From a virus (Duplodnaviria > Caudoviricetes): a stretch of DNA of 59,831 nt. This document shows, one piece after another, positions 46,996-55,111 of this stretch (positions within the stretch are counted from its first letter, which is position 1; the number at the start of each line of letters is the position of its first letter). Position numbers and translations under genes: made by a program. The notes under the pieces were generated by a model that worked only from the letters and a program-made list of their open reading frames with translations, ran no database searches and was not told where the DNA came from. Location of the stretch: positions 1 to 59,831 of IMG/VR virus record IMGVR_UViG_3300007345_000037. One strand, written 5' to 3'.

Positions 46996-48438
46996 TTGAT
47001 GCGAGCCTCTCCGAACTACGGTAGCGATTTGATTGCTGAACAATTTAAAGAAGGTGAGGCTGTTCTTAGTCTTGCCCGAAGGTTAAACAAGATTGACCCT
47101 AAAAAATCAGTTAAGGGTTGGGAAATGTCAATTTACCGTTGGAAAAATAATGAAAAGCCAGCACCTAAACCCGAAAAAGAGCCTGTTATTGAAAATGAAC
47201 TTGAGGCTGTAAAGCAATCTTATCACTATGACTCGACAAAAGACGAATACTACACTTTCTTGCGAGTTGCAGACCAAATGATTTGTGTTGACGGTGACAA
47301 ACATAGAGCCATGAAAGAAGCATACTCAAACATGGTAGGAAAACCTGCATCTATGAATGAAATTTGTAGGGAGTTTGGTATTCCTCGTGCGTGGTTTGAT
47401 GAATACCGACGACGGCATGGATGGACGCATGATATGTCGCCATACACCGATGAAGAAATTACCACAAAAGATGTGGATATGCTTGTTGATGATTTGGTGA
47501 CAAGGAGAAAACACCAACTGCACAAGAAATTTGAGCGAGCCAAGTGGAAGTCTATTGAAGAATCAGCAGAAAAGTACAATATGTTTGAGGAAAAAATACT
47601 TAACGAGTTCCGACAAATTGTTTCCGAAGCACCAAAAACCACACCTCTAATGGCTATGGTTGAAGATTCTCTTGAGTATGCGCTTGTTATTAGTCCTACT
47701 GACTTCCATTGGGGTAAATACGGGTGGGTTGACGAAGTTGGAGAAACCTACAATTTTGATGAGGCAAGAAAGCGTTTGATGGAAAAGACGCAAGAATTAA
47801 TTTGCCGCCTTCCTTCTCGACCGGAAAAGATTATTTTGGCTACCGGTAGCGATTGGTTTCATGTTGATACTGATGCTGGCACAACAACAAAAGGTACACC
47901 GCAAGACATGTGTGGTAGCCCTGCTGAAATCCTAATGACAGGTTGCCAAATGGCACGAGAGCATATTGAACTGCTTAGACAAGTTGCTCCTGTTGAGGTA
48001 GTGTTTATGCCGGGTAATCACGACCGCATGAGTGCTATTGCGTTAATGATGTACCTTAGTGCGGCTTATGAAAATGTCGAAGACTGTGAAGTTATTGTGA
48101 GTCCTTCCACTCGACAGTATGTTCAGTATGGCAACAACTTGCTTGGTTTTATTCATGGTGACGGTGCAAGGAACCTTGTTGAGTTAATGAGCAACGAAAA
48201 GCGAGAACTGTGGGGAGAATGTCAACACCACACATGGTTCCACGGTCACCTACACCATCGACAGGTTGTTGAAAAGGGTGGTTGTTTAATTGTACAACTT
48301 CCTTCGCTTGCTGGACATGACAGGTATCATGCTCGACAAGGCTACACAACAAGTATGGCTGGTTTGTCTGCACACTTTATTGACAAAGACAAAGGACTTG
48401 TTGGTACATTGTTTGCTCCTGTGGAGGGTGAACATTGA
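46996..48438 (+). CDS. Calcineurin-like metallophosphoesterase with N-terminal helical/HTH region
   Basis: Motifs TDFHWG, GSDWFH, GNHD, HGD and GHLHH. Confidence 0.85.
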   Translation: MMRASPNYGSDLIAEQFKEGEAVLSLARRLNKIDPKKSVKGWEMSIYRWKNNEKPAPKPEKEPVIENELEAVKQSYHYDSTKDEYYTFLRVADQMICVDGDKHRAMKEAYSNMVGKPASMNEICREFGIPRAWFDEYRRRHGWTHDMSPYTDEEITTKDVDMLVDDLVTRRKHQLHKKFERAKWKSIEESAEKYNMFEEKILNEFRQIVSEAPKTTPLMAMVEDSLEYALVISPTDFHWGKYGWVDEVGETYNFDEARKRLMEKTQELICRLPSRPEKIILATGSDWFHVDTDAGTTTKGTPQDMCGSPAEILMTGCQMAREHIELLRQVAPVEVVFMPGNHDRMSAIALMMYLSAAYENVEDCEVIVSPSTRQYVQYGNNLLGFIHGDGARNLVELMSNEKRELWGECQHHTWFHGHLHHRQVVEKGGCLIVQLPSLAGHDRYHARQGYTTSMAGLSAHFIDKDKGLVGTLFAPVEGEH

Positions 48439-48584
48439 CAAACCCACAAATCAAAAAATTAAGAGAATGTCAAAAGTGTGGTCATAAATGTTATTCCCGT
48501 TATACTTCTCACAAAAAGTGGTGTAAGGAAACAAAAAAAATGGTGTACTGCGGTTGCTTAAGGGTGGTAAGAGATGAAGCGTGA
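48435..48584 (+). CDS. Micro Zn-finger protein (paralog of 15532-15666)
   Basis: Translated by hand: MTNPQIKKLRECQKCGHKCYSRYTSHKKWCKETKKMVYCGCLRVVRDEA. Confidence 0.5.
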   Translation: MTNPQIKKLRECQKCGHKCYSRYTSHKKWCKETKKMVYCGCLRVVRDEA

Positions 48585-48693
48585 ACATGTTGTTTGTACG
48601 GCTTGCGGTTGGGAAAGTAAGTACCTTTCTCAAGCAAAGGCTTTTACGAGAATCTGTCCGTATTGTGGCTTACGCACTTTGCGACCGTGGTGA
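48574..48693 (+). CDS. Micro CPxCG Zn-finger protein (39 aa)
   Basis: Translated by hand: MKREHVVCTACGWESKYLSQAKAFTRICPYCGLRTLRPW. Confidence 0.55.
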   Translation: MKREHVVCTACGWESKYLSQAKAFTRICPYCGLRTLRPW

Positions 48694-48755
48694 AATTATG
48701 AACATAAAAAAAGATATTTATTGGACTTTTCCGATTAGAATGTATGTGATGCCGA

Positions 48756-50246
48756 ATGTCAAGAATTAAACAAGCATTAGCGTTTGAACGAGCAAGAAAT
48801 GATGTTTCCTATTTTTACCGATGGCTTGGCTACTCTTGGGGCAACCACATCGGAGAATGGATGGATATTTACACTGACAGGAAGGAAGCGCATGTTCACC
48901 GTGTTTGTATTATTGCTCCGAGAAGTCACTCAAAAAGTACGACGCTTGGTGTAAAATTGCTACACATGTGTTTGTTTCAAAAATTTAATGGCAAACCTAT
49001 GGACATTTGGTTGTTTTCTGCCAGCCAAGACACAGCAGTTCGACGGTTGGCTGAAATACGCAAGGATTTGACAAGTCACAAAGAGTTAGCCCGATACATT
49101 GACCCCAAAAAAGGTGGTAAAAGAGAACTATGGCTAAACAACGGAGCAGTAATTCGCTGTTCTTCCGTTGGCAGTGCTATTCGTGGTGACCACCCTGCTG
49201 TTGTTGCACTTGATGATGTGTTGCTTGATGCTAAAAAAGAACTAAACAACGAGCAGTTGCGGCATTGGCTACGAAAGGTTGTCATGCCGATGCTTGACCC
49301 CGGTTCGTTTCTTTACTGTGTTGGAACACCAATGGCTATGACTGACTTGTACCACACTGAAATGCTTGATAACGACCAATGGAAAACAGGCATTTGGAGT
49401 GCTATTCCTAATTGGGATGAAAACAAGCATGAGCCGGAAAAATTAGAAGCACTTTGGCCGGAGTTCCGACCATTGGACTTTTTGCTTGAACAGAAAAAAG
49501 TGACCGGTGAATTAGAATTTGCTCAAGAATTTTTGTGCAAGGTTATTGACGATGAAGCGGCTGTGTACCCTCGTAAATTTACACGGGCCAATATGGACTT
49601 AGAGCAGGTGTTTGACAAGGAAAAGCGTGATGGCTGTAAATATGTTATTGGTTTTGACCCGTCACAAGGATTAGGGAAAGACTATTCTGTTTTAGTGGCT
49701 GTTCGCCAAGAATCCGATGGCTCATTAGCAATTGCCAACATTTGGAGAAGGAATGACTTTTCCCCCGATAGGCAGGCTGACATGATTGGCGAGTGGTGTA
49801 AAAAGTACAGCGCACCTCTTGCGGCAGAAGATGTAGGTTTCCAACGCTTGTTCAAGTCTTTGTTGGAGGCTAAGGGTATTGGCGTTGAATATCGAGAGTC
49901 AAAAGTTAGCAATAAAGGATTAAAGCAAGGATTGCTAAACCGATTGCGTGTTTGGTTTGAACGGGGCAAGATTCAATTCCCCTATGGCAACGATGCAACA
50001 AGGCGAGTTGTCAATGAAATGTTGGAAGAATTGGAGTCACACGCTTGGAAATCCGGTGACATTGTTGATACGGGCAAACACAATGACTTGGTAATGGCTT
50101 TGGCACACGCAATTGACCAATTCTCGTTTAAATCCGATGTTGTCCCATTTGCTGGCCGGTCTATGGCTAAAGGTGCATGGCAAGGTGGCAAGTCAAAAAG
50201 TCGTGGCAGAAGTAAAATCTTTAGAGCGGTGAGTCGTCGTTTATAA
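48756..50246 (+). CDS. terL: Terminase large subunit
   Basis: Walker A PRSHSKST, Walker B VALDD, coupling motif VGTP, FAQEF, and RNase H-fold nuclease motifs GFDPS and DLVMA. Confidence 0.93.
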   Translation: MSRIKQALAFERARNDVSYFYRWLGYSWGNHIGEWMDIYTDRKEAHVHRVCIIAPRSHSKSTTLGVKLLHMCLFQKFNGKPMDIWLFSASQDTAVRRLAEIRKDLTSHKELARYIDPKKGGKRELWLNNGAVIRCSSVGSAIRGDHPAVVALDDVLLDAKKELNNEQLRHWLRKVVMPMLDPGSFLYCVGTPMAMTDLYHTEMLDNDQWKTGIWSAIPNWDENKHEPEKLEALWPEFRPLDFLLEQKKVTGELEFAQEFLCKVIDDEAAVYPRKFTRANMDLEQVFDKEKRDGCKYVIGFDPSQGLGKDYSVLVAVRQESDGSLAIANIWRRNDFSPDRQADMIGEWCKKYSAPLAAEDVGFQRLFKSLLEAKGIGVEYRESKVSNKGLKQGLLNRLRVWFERGKIQFPYGNDATRRVVNEMLEELESHAWKSGDIVDTGKHNDLVMALAHAIDQFSFKSDVVPFAGRSMAKGAWQGGKSKSRGRSKIFRAVSRRL

Positions 50247-50685
50247 AGAAGGTTTTGAAAAATTTTTCTGCGAATTTTTGAGGGTACTAAGCAACGCTGT
50301 GTAGGCGGCGTGCGTCGATTTTTGGAGGCAAGACCGCCGCAGATGGACCCGCACCCAATCCAGCAGATGCCCATTCTTGATGCCATACATGGCCTGTACG
50401 GGCCGTTCGTGGGTGCTGGGCGGTATGGGTAGCACCGCACCCCCTTGCGTGCGCTGTAGGGGTGTCTACGGGCTTGTTTTCGATTTCAGCCCCAGCCGAG
50501 CAGGGCGGCACCTGCTGAACAGGCTCGCAGTACCCCGAAAATTGACATAAAAAAAAACATCCCGCTGGCCCACTCCACGACCGGCACAGGATGAGAACCG
50601 GTCGCTGTTGTTGTTTCGTTTGCTTGTCAATACCTCCGCAGTGTGTCGTTCGTCGTTCGTTCTTCGTTCAGTTCATCGGTCGCAT

Positions 50686-51867
50686 TCAAGCCTTGAAGCG
50701 TCGCTCAAGAGCGATGCCCAAAAGGGTGACTTGCTCGCCATCCACTGCCACTTCAAAGGCACATGGGACAACATCGAAGTCCATCTTGCTCCACTTGCCA
50801 CCCTCAATTCGGGTGCTAAATCGGGATGCGTCGCCGTCGTTGGTCATGCAATCGGCCATGAGTTGGGCCGGTGTGATTTGGCCACGGTGAGCCATCACAA
50901 CACGGTTGAACAGGGCCTTCGTGATGCGGCAAGCCTTGAAGTGGACTCGGTGGCCGCCGTAGGTCTTGAGGCCAGCGTTCACCTTGTCCAAGACCGGTAG
51001 GTGCATGGTCACGCTGTTGTATCCAAGGTTGCGCTTCGGGGTACCGCAAGCAGGGCAGGCGTTGGCTCGGCTCACTTGCTGGTGTCCCCATGCCTTGCGA
51101 CAGTCGGAGCAGTACCGCTGGGCGGCGTGGCCGTTGTTGGTCCAATCAAGCACCGTTTCGGCGTTGATGGCAAGGTGTGCCTTTAGGCAGTCCACGCCAT
51201 CGCCTTGAAGGGCGTAGCGGTGGACGGTGGAGCCTTCAACACGGTTGCGAGTGTCGAGGGCAAGGTCACCCTTTCGCTTGTCATTCAGTTGCTTCAAGGT
51301 GTCCATTCCGTCACGGATGAGGGCCTTGCTGTCAACCGGCACATATCGCACCATATCGCCTTCAATGAGGCCGAAGGCTTGCATCATTTCGGGGGTGGCT
51401 TCCATCAAGTCGAGGTCGATGGCTTCGGCTGACTGACCGGACTTCTCAACGGCGTGGCGGTTGGCGTCACGGTATGCCTTGAGGCTGACCAAAGCGGCCA
51501 AGGCTCGGCGGACTGCTGGCTTCATCACGAGGTCGGTGGCGTCGAGTTCGCCAAGGTCGTAGGTTCGTGGTTGTTGGTTTGGTCGGATGGTCTTGACCGG
51601 TCGGAATCCAGCGGCCTTGATGGCCGCCATGCTTGGGTTCTTGATGCCCATCTCGTCGTTTAGCCCCTTGAGTACCGTGGCTGGTACGGTGTCCTTCGCT
51701 TGGTACTTGTTGACCCGTCGGGTCATGGCTCGGTTGGCGTTGCTGTGCTTTGACACAGCCTCCACCAATGTGACCATGATAACCTCATGGGGGTTTTCGG
51801 TTCCGTTGATGAACTGCTTCATCATGCTTGCTTCGTTTGCGTTTTGTGTGTTTTCGCTGTTTTGCAT
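50686..51867 (-). CDS. Hypothetical ~393-aa protein with Zn ribbon (candidate early DNA-binding or ori-associated protein)
   Basis: GGAGGG SD, CSDC...CPACG motif, GC-rich codon usage. It borders the repeat tract. Confidence 0.75.
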   Translation of the reverse strand: MQNSENTQNANEASMMKQFINGTENPHEVIMVTLVEAVSKHSNANRAMTRRVNKYQAKDTVPATVLKGLNDEMGIKNPSMAAIKAAGFRPVKTIRPNQQPRTYDLGELDATDLVMKPAVRRALAALVSLKAYRDANRHAVEKSGQSAEAIDLDLMEATPEMMQAFGLIEGDMVRYVPVDSKALIRDGMDTLKQLNDKRKGDLALDTRNRVEGSTVHRYALQGDGVDCLKAHLAINAETVLDWTNNGHAAQRYCSDCRKAWGHQQVSRANACPACGTPKRNLGYNSVTMHLPVLDKVNAGLKTYGGHRVHFKACRITKALFNRVVMAHRGQITPAQLMADCMTNDGDASRFSTRIEGGKWSKMDFDVVPCAFEVAVDGEQVTLLGIALERRFKA

Positions 51868-52242
51868 TTGGTTTCCCTCCTGTATTCCCACCGGAGTTCT
51901 CCCTCCTATATGAGCATTTGACGACTAATCCATGAAATTCGGCTGTTTTGGGGGTTTTTGGTTTGCTCCGGCTCGGCCTGCCACCGGCCCGACAATGTGC
52001 CTAAACGGGCTGGAATCGCACTTTTCATTCATGTTTTGGTTCATGTTTTGGGTTTGGGTCAACTAAACGATGCACTGCGAGGCGGTGGCCCCTGTTTCGC
52101 CAGCCTGTTTCGACCCGAACATGAATCATTCTTGTTCACTTTTCGGCTCGGAAGTGGTCCGACGGCGCACCGGAGCCGAGGCGGACAATGTTGGAATTTG
52201 AGCCAATTTCGCACTTTGAACCCGGATATGAGCGTTCGGCGT

Positions 52243-52370
52243 TTTAGGGTGCCCTAAATCTCCGATTTGCCGAAATGCACATGAAGCGTTCATGTTTTAG
52301 GGCCGCCTAAACATTTTTAGGGCGACCTAAATTTTTTTAGGGCAACCTAAATCATTTAGTCGCGACTAAA
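52243..52370. repeat. Tandem 16-bp palindromes TTTAG-N6-CTAAA
   Basis: Copies at 52243, 52296, 52316, 52336 and 52355; the last four are spaced 19-20 bp apart. Confidence 0.9.
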
Positions 52371-52820
52371 TCCGAAAACGCAAATCAAAATTTAGTCGGT
52401 ATCCAGGACATTAAAATAGAAAATTTAGTCGAAAATTATCGAAAATAAAAATAGACCAAATTTAGTCGGTATCGAATTAGTCGAAAAGAGGATTTTTAAT
52501 TAGTCGGCATCGAAATTTTAGTCGAGGGGTGGCCCCCGCCTGCAACACACGCAGACGAGGACCGGAGGGGTGAGCGTGAAGGGTGGTCCCAGCCCGTAGG
52601 CTGGGAATCGCCACCCGTGGGGTGCTGGTCACAGCAGTGCTTGGCAGTGCGGGCAGACAGGTGTACGAGGTGCGCCGGTGTTGGCAAGGGTGGTGTATCG
52701 ACCTTGCTTTTCGGACCACACGCCCGCTTCACGGGCAAGGTCGGAAGGCGACCAAGCGGAGTGCTTGGCACCACACAGGGCGAGAGGTTGACCGGAGAGG
52801 CGAATGTGAAGGATAGCCAT

Positions 52821-53153
52821 TCAAGCCACCGCCGGAATTTCGTGCATCACAATGTCGCTGTTTGGGCACATGATGATGAGGCGGTCGAGGGTTGCGTCGA
52901 TGAGGTAGCGAGGGACATAGGTCGGGACGGCGATGTCGGGTGTGGCGGTGTAGGAGGCGGCGGCGAGGGAGTAGCCATGCGAACCGAGCAGGGTTTCGAT
53001 GGTGTCGCTGAATTGGTTGAGTAGGTCGTCAACATTCGGCGAGTTGTAGTCAAAGCAGACCTCATGGTACATCTGTACCACGGTGTCGAGAACCGCAGGG
53101 TTCACGGGGTAGGTCGGCAGTCGGGCTTCGGGGGTTATGGTTTGTTGTGCCAT
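52821..53153 (-). CDS. Hypothetical protein embedded in the repeat tract
   Basis: 110-aa ORF with GC3-rich codons, TATA-like CTTTAAG upstream on the - strand. Confidence 0.65.
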   Translation of the reverse strand: MAQQTITPEARLPTYPVNPAVLDTVVQMYHEVCFDYNSPNVDDLLNQFSDTIETLLGSHGYSLAAASYTATPDIAVPTYVPRYLIDATLDRLIIMCPNSDIVMHEIPAVA

Positions 53154-53487
53154 GTTTGTACCATAGTCACTCTCCCCTTAAAGGCATCGGTGATAGGCGG
53201 TTTTAGTCGGCAAAGTCGGCCACAGGTGGCCCCTACTTGGGGGCCGCAGGCCCAATAATCGACTAAACGGGGGAGTAATAATTTATCTTTAGTCGCGACT
53301 AATTCAAGTGCTTTGTTATTTTTTAGTCGTTATCGGAACGATTTTTTTATTTAGTCGAAATTTAAAAAACGATAAAATTTAGTCGAAAATCAAAGACAAT
53401 AAAATTTAGTCGAAATCAAAAATTATCGAAATTTTAGTCGGCCAAAATCATGTTTAGTCGCTAAGAAAGAAAAGTATATAAGGGGTA

Positions 53488-53518
53488 GCCCAGCCCCCCG
53501 CCGAAGCGGGGTTCGGGC
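53488..53518. other. Strong GC hairpin
   Basis: CCCCGC-CGAA-GCGGGG core with extendable flanks. It could be the terminator for 53763-53560 or part of a small RNA. Confidence 0.55.
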
Positions 53519-53559
53519 GGCTCCGGCTCGTGGCCGTATTTAGTCGGTGAGTTAGTCGC

Positions 53560-53763
53560 TCAAACAATCATTGTCCACTTGAACACGATGAAATTGTTTT
53601 CCTTCCTGTTTGTGAACACGCAGACAGTGAAGGTTTCAAATGACTCTTCAAGGTCTTCATCGTACACGGTTTCCAACTTGCCGCCGGGATAATACATTGG
53701 CAGGTCGTTCCATTGTTCTTCGTTCTCGTGTGTTAGTGCAGTGTTTATTATCATGTAGTCCAT
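53560..53763 (-). CDS. Small acidic hypothetical protein with its own promoter
   Basis: GGAGG SD and a TTTAGTCG-N13-CTTAAATA promoter on the - strand. Confidence 0.7.
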   Translation of the reverse strand: MDYMIINTALTHENEEQWNDLPMYYPGGKLETVYDEDLEESFETFTVCVFTNRKENNFIVFKWTMIV

Positions 53764-53796
53764 GTTTTTGCCTCCATCTGTTGCTCGCCTCGCTAC

Positions 53797-53825
53797 TATT
53801 TAAGTTTATGGGAGGGGCGACTAAA
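53797..53825 (-). promoter_or_regulatory. TTTAGTCG-N13-TATA promoter
   Basis: The - strand reads GTTTAGTCGCCCCTCCCATAAACTTAAATAGTAG. Confidence 0.75.
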
Positions 53826-54018
53826 CGCCGATTTTATCATTATACCTTAGTCGTGACTAACTCGCAGGGGATTTGGGGAATTAAGGAACCCATCTAGTCG
53901 GGACTAATTAGTCGCGACTAATTTATTACTCCCCCATCGGCGCATTCGGGAAGCGGCACCCCACTCCTATGAGTATGTGGGGGTATATAACCTTTGCTTT
54001 GAGGCGAATTTTTAGTCG

Positions 54019-54458
54019 CGACTAATTTTATGGGGCGCAGTTGTTTGTTTAGTCGTTATTTGGCTTCGTCGGCTTCGAGTAGGGGGTAGTGGCGACCCTG
54101 TTCACTTTAACCGACTAAACGCTGTACTGCGGACTGATACTTTAGTCGAAATTTAAAAATTAGTCGCGACTAAAAAAATGGGGTGCAGTGATGCGTTTAG
54201 TCGAAATTTAGCATCGGGATGCCTCGGCCTCTATCCCGAAGGGTACCACATTGAAATACCGACTAAACAGTGTACTGCGAGGCAGAAATTTAGTCGGGAC
54301 TAAACAGTGCTACGGGGTGCGTTTAGTTGCGACTAGAAAAATGCCTTTCAGTGGTGCGTTTAGTCGAATTAAACCGCCATAAGACTCCACCGCCCTACTC
54401 AGCCATCGAAATTCTAAAGCACGACTAAACGGTGTACTGCGTGATAGAAAATTAGTCG
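54019..54458. repeat. Three ~130-bp cassettes of inverted 37-bp modules flanking 55-56-bp spacers
   Basis: Module pairs 54019-54055/54112-54148, 54167-54203/54260-54296 and 54330-54366/54422-54458. Confidence 0.85.
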
Positions 54459-54885
54459 CTACTAAAGGCATCACTGCGTTTTGGGGGGCGACTAAAGATT
54501 ATTGACTACAAAAAAACGAATAACGACTAACGAGCCAAGTCAAATCCCGGATATTGACCACCGATAATTTAGTCGAAAGTGCAAAAGTTCAAAAATGCGA
54601 TGAAATTTTAGTCGTTATCGAAATCCTGAAAAACCGTTATTGTAGTCAATAATTTAGTCACGACTAAGTATCAGGGGCACCGCCCGCTCCGCCGGTTTCT
54701 GTGGGGTTTATTTAGTCGAAATTATTTCCGGCAAAAATTGAACGACAATTTAGTCGAAAAAAATAACAGCCGAAAAATCAGCAAATCCGACCGTAGCAGT
54801 TAGTCGAAAATCGAAAAAACCAGCCGATTTAGTCGCCCGTCCCAATCCGGCCCTCTTTAATAATACACTACGCACAAGATAAGCG

Positions 54886-54919
54886 TTTAGTCGGGGTACC
54901 GGAAACTTTAAATAGTAGT
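54886..54919 (+). promoter_or_regulatory. TTTAGTCG-N13-TATA promoter
   Basis: GTTTAGTCGGGGTACCGGAAACTTTAAATAGTAG upstream of ATG 54959. Confidence 0.8.
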
Positions 54920-54958
54920 ACATCTATGGGTATATAAGACCCGAAGGAGATACCCCAA

Positions 54959-55111
54959 ATGAGCCGAACCAACCCAACTGAAACCCTAAGCGTGAAAGGC
55001 GTCGCATGTCAAAAATGCGGTTGCCGTAAATTCCGACCGATAGGGCATTCCCTTGAGAATGTCCGATGTGTCCACTGTGGCACATTCACTTTCCTGTGGG
55101 GTGCTGTTTGA
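54959..55111 (+). CDS. Micro Zn-ribbon protein (50 aa)
   Basis: Translated by hand: MSRTNPTETLSVKGVACQKCGCRKFRPIGHSLENVRCVHCGTFTFLWGAV. AGGAG SD. Confidence 0.6.
   Translation: MSRTNPTETLSVKGVACQKCGCRKFRPIGHSLENVRCVHCGTFTFLWGAV

Larger units (their letters stand above)
52355..54893. repeat. Dense TTAGTCG/CGACTAA motif array
   Basis: About 45-50 exact heptamers counted by eye in about 2.6-3 kb. The motif is rare elsewhere except at promoters. Confidence 0.95.

Noticed and set aside
16095-50246. Inteins or introns in PolB, primase or terminase
   Set aside because: Protein lengths are normal, and no intein-type splice junctions or LAGLIDADG motifs were seen.
53322-54458. TIGR-type dual-spacer guide array
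   Set aside because: No regular ~36-nt same-strand units with box C/D-like motifs, and no Nop-domain protein was recognised nearby.
52355-54893. CRISPR array or mini-CRISPR
   Set aside because: The conserved unit is only 7-8 bp, or 37-bp degenerate modules in alternating orientation. There are no identical 23-47-bp direct repeats with uniform spacers and no cas operon.
50247-54960. tRNA genes in the GC-rich non-coding stretches
   Set aside because: Hairpins are present but I could not build a cloverleaf with T-loop and D-loop consensus. tRNAscan-SE or ARAGORN would settle it.
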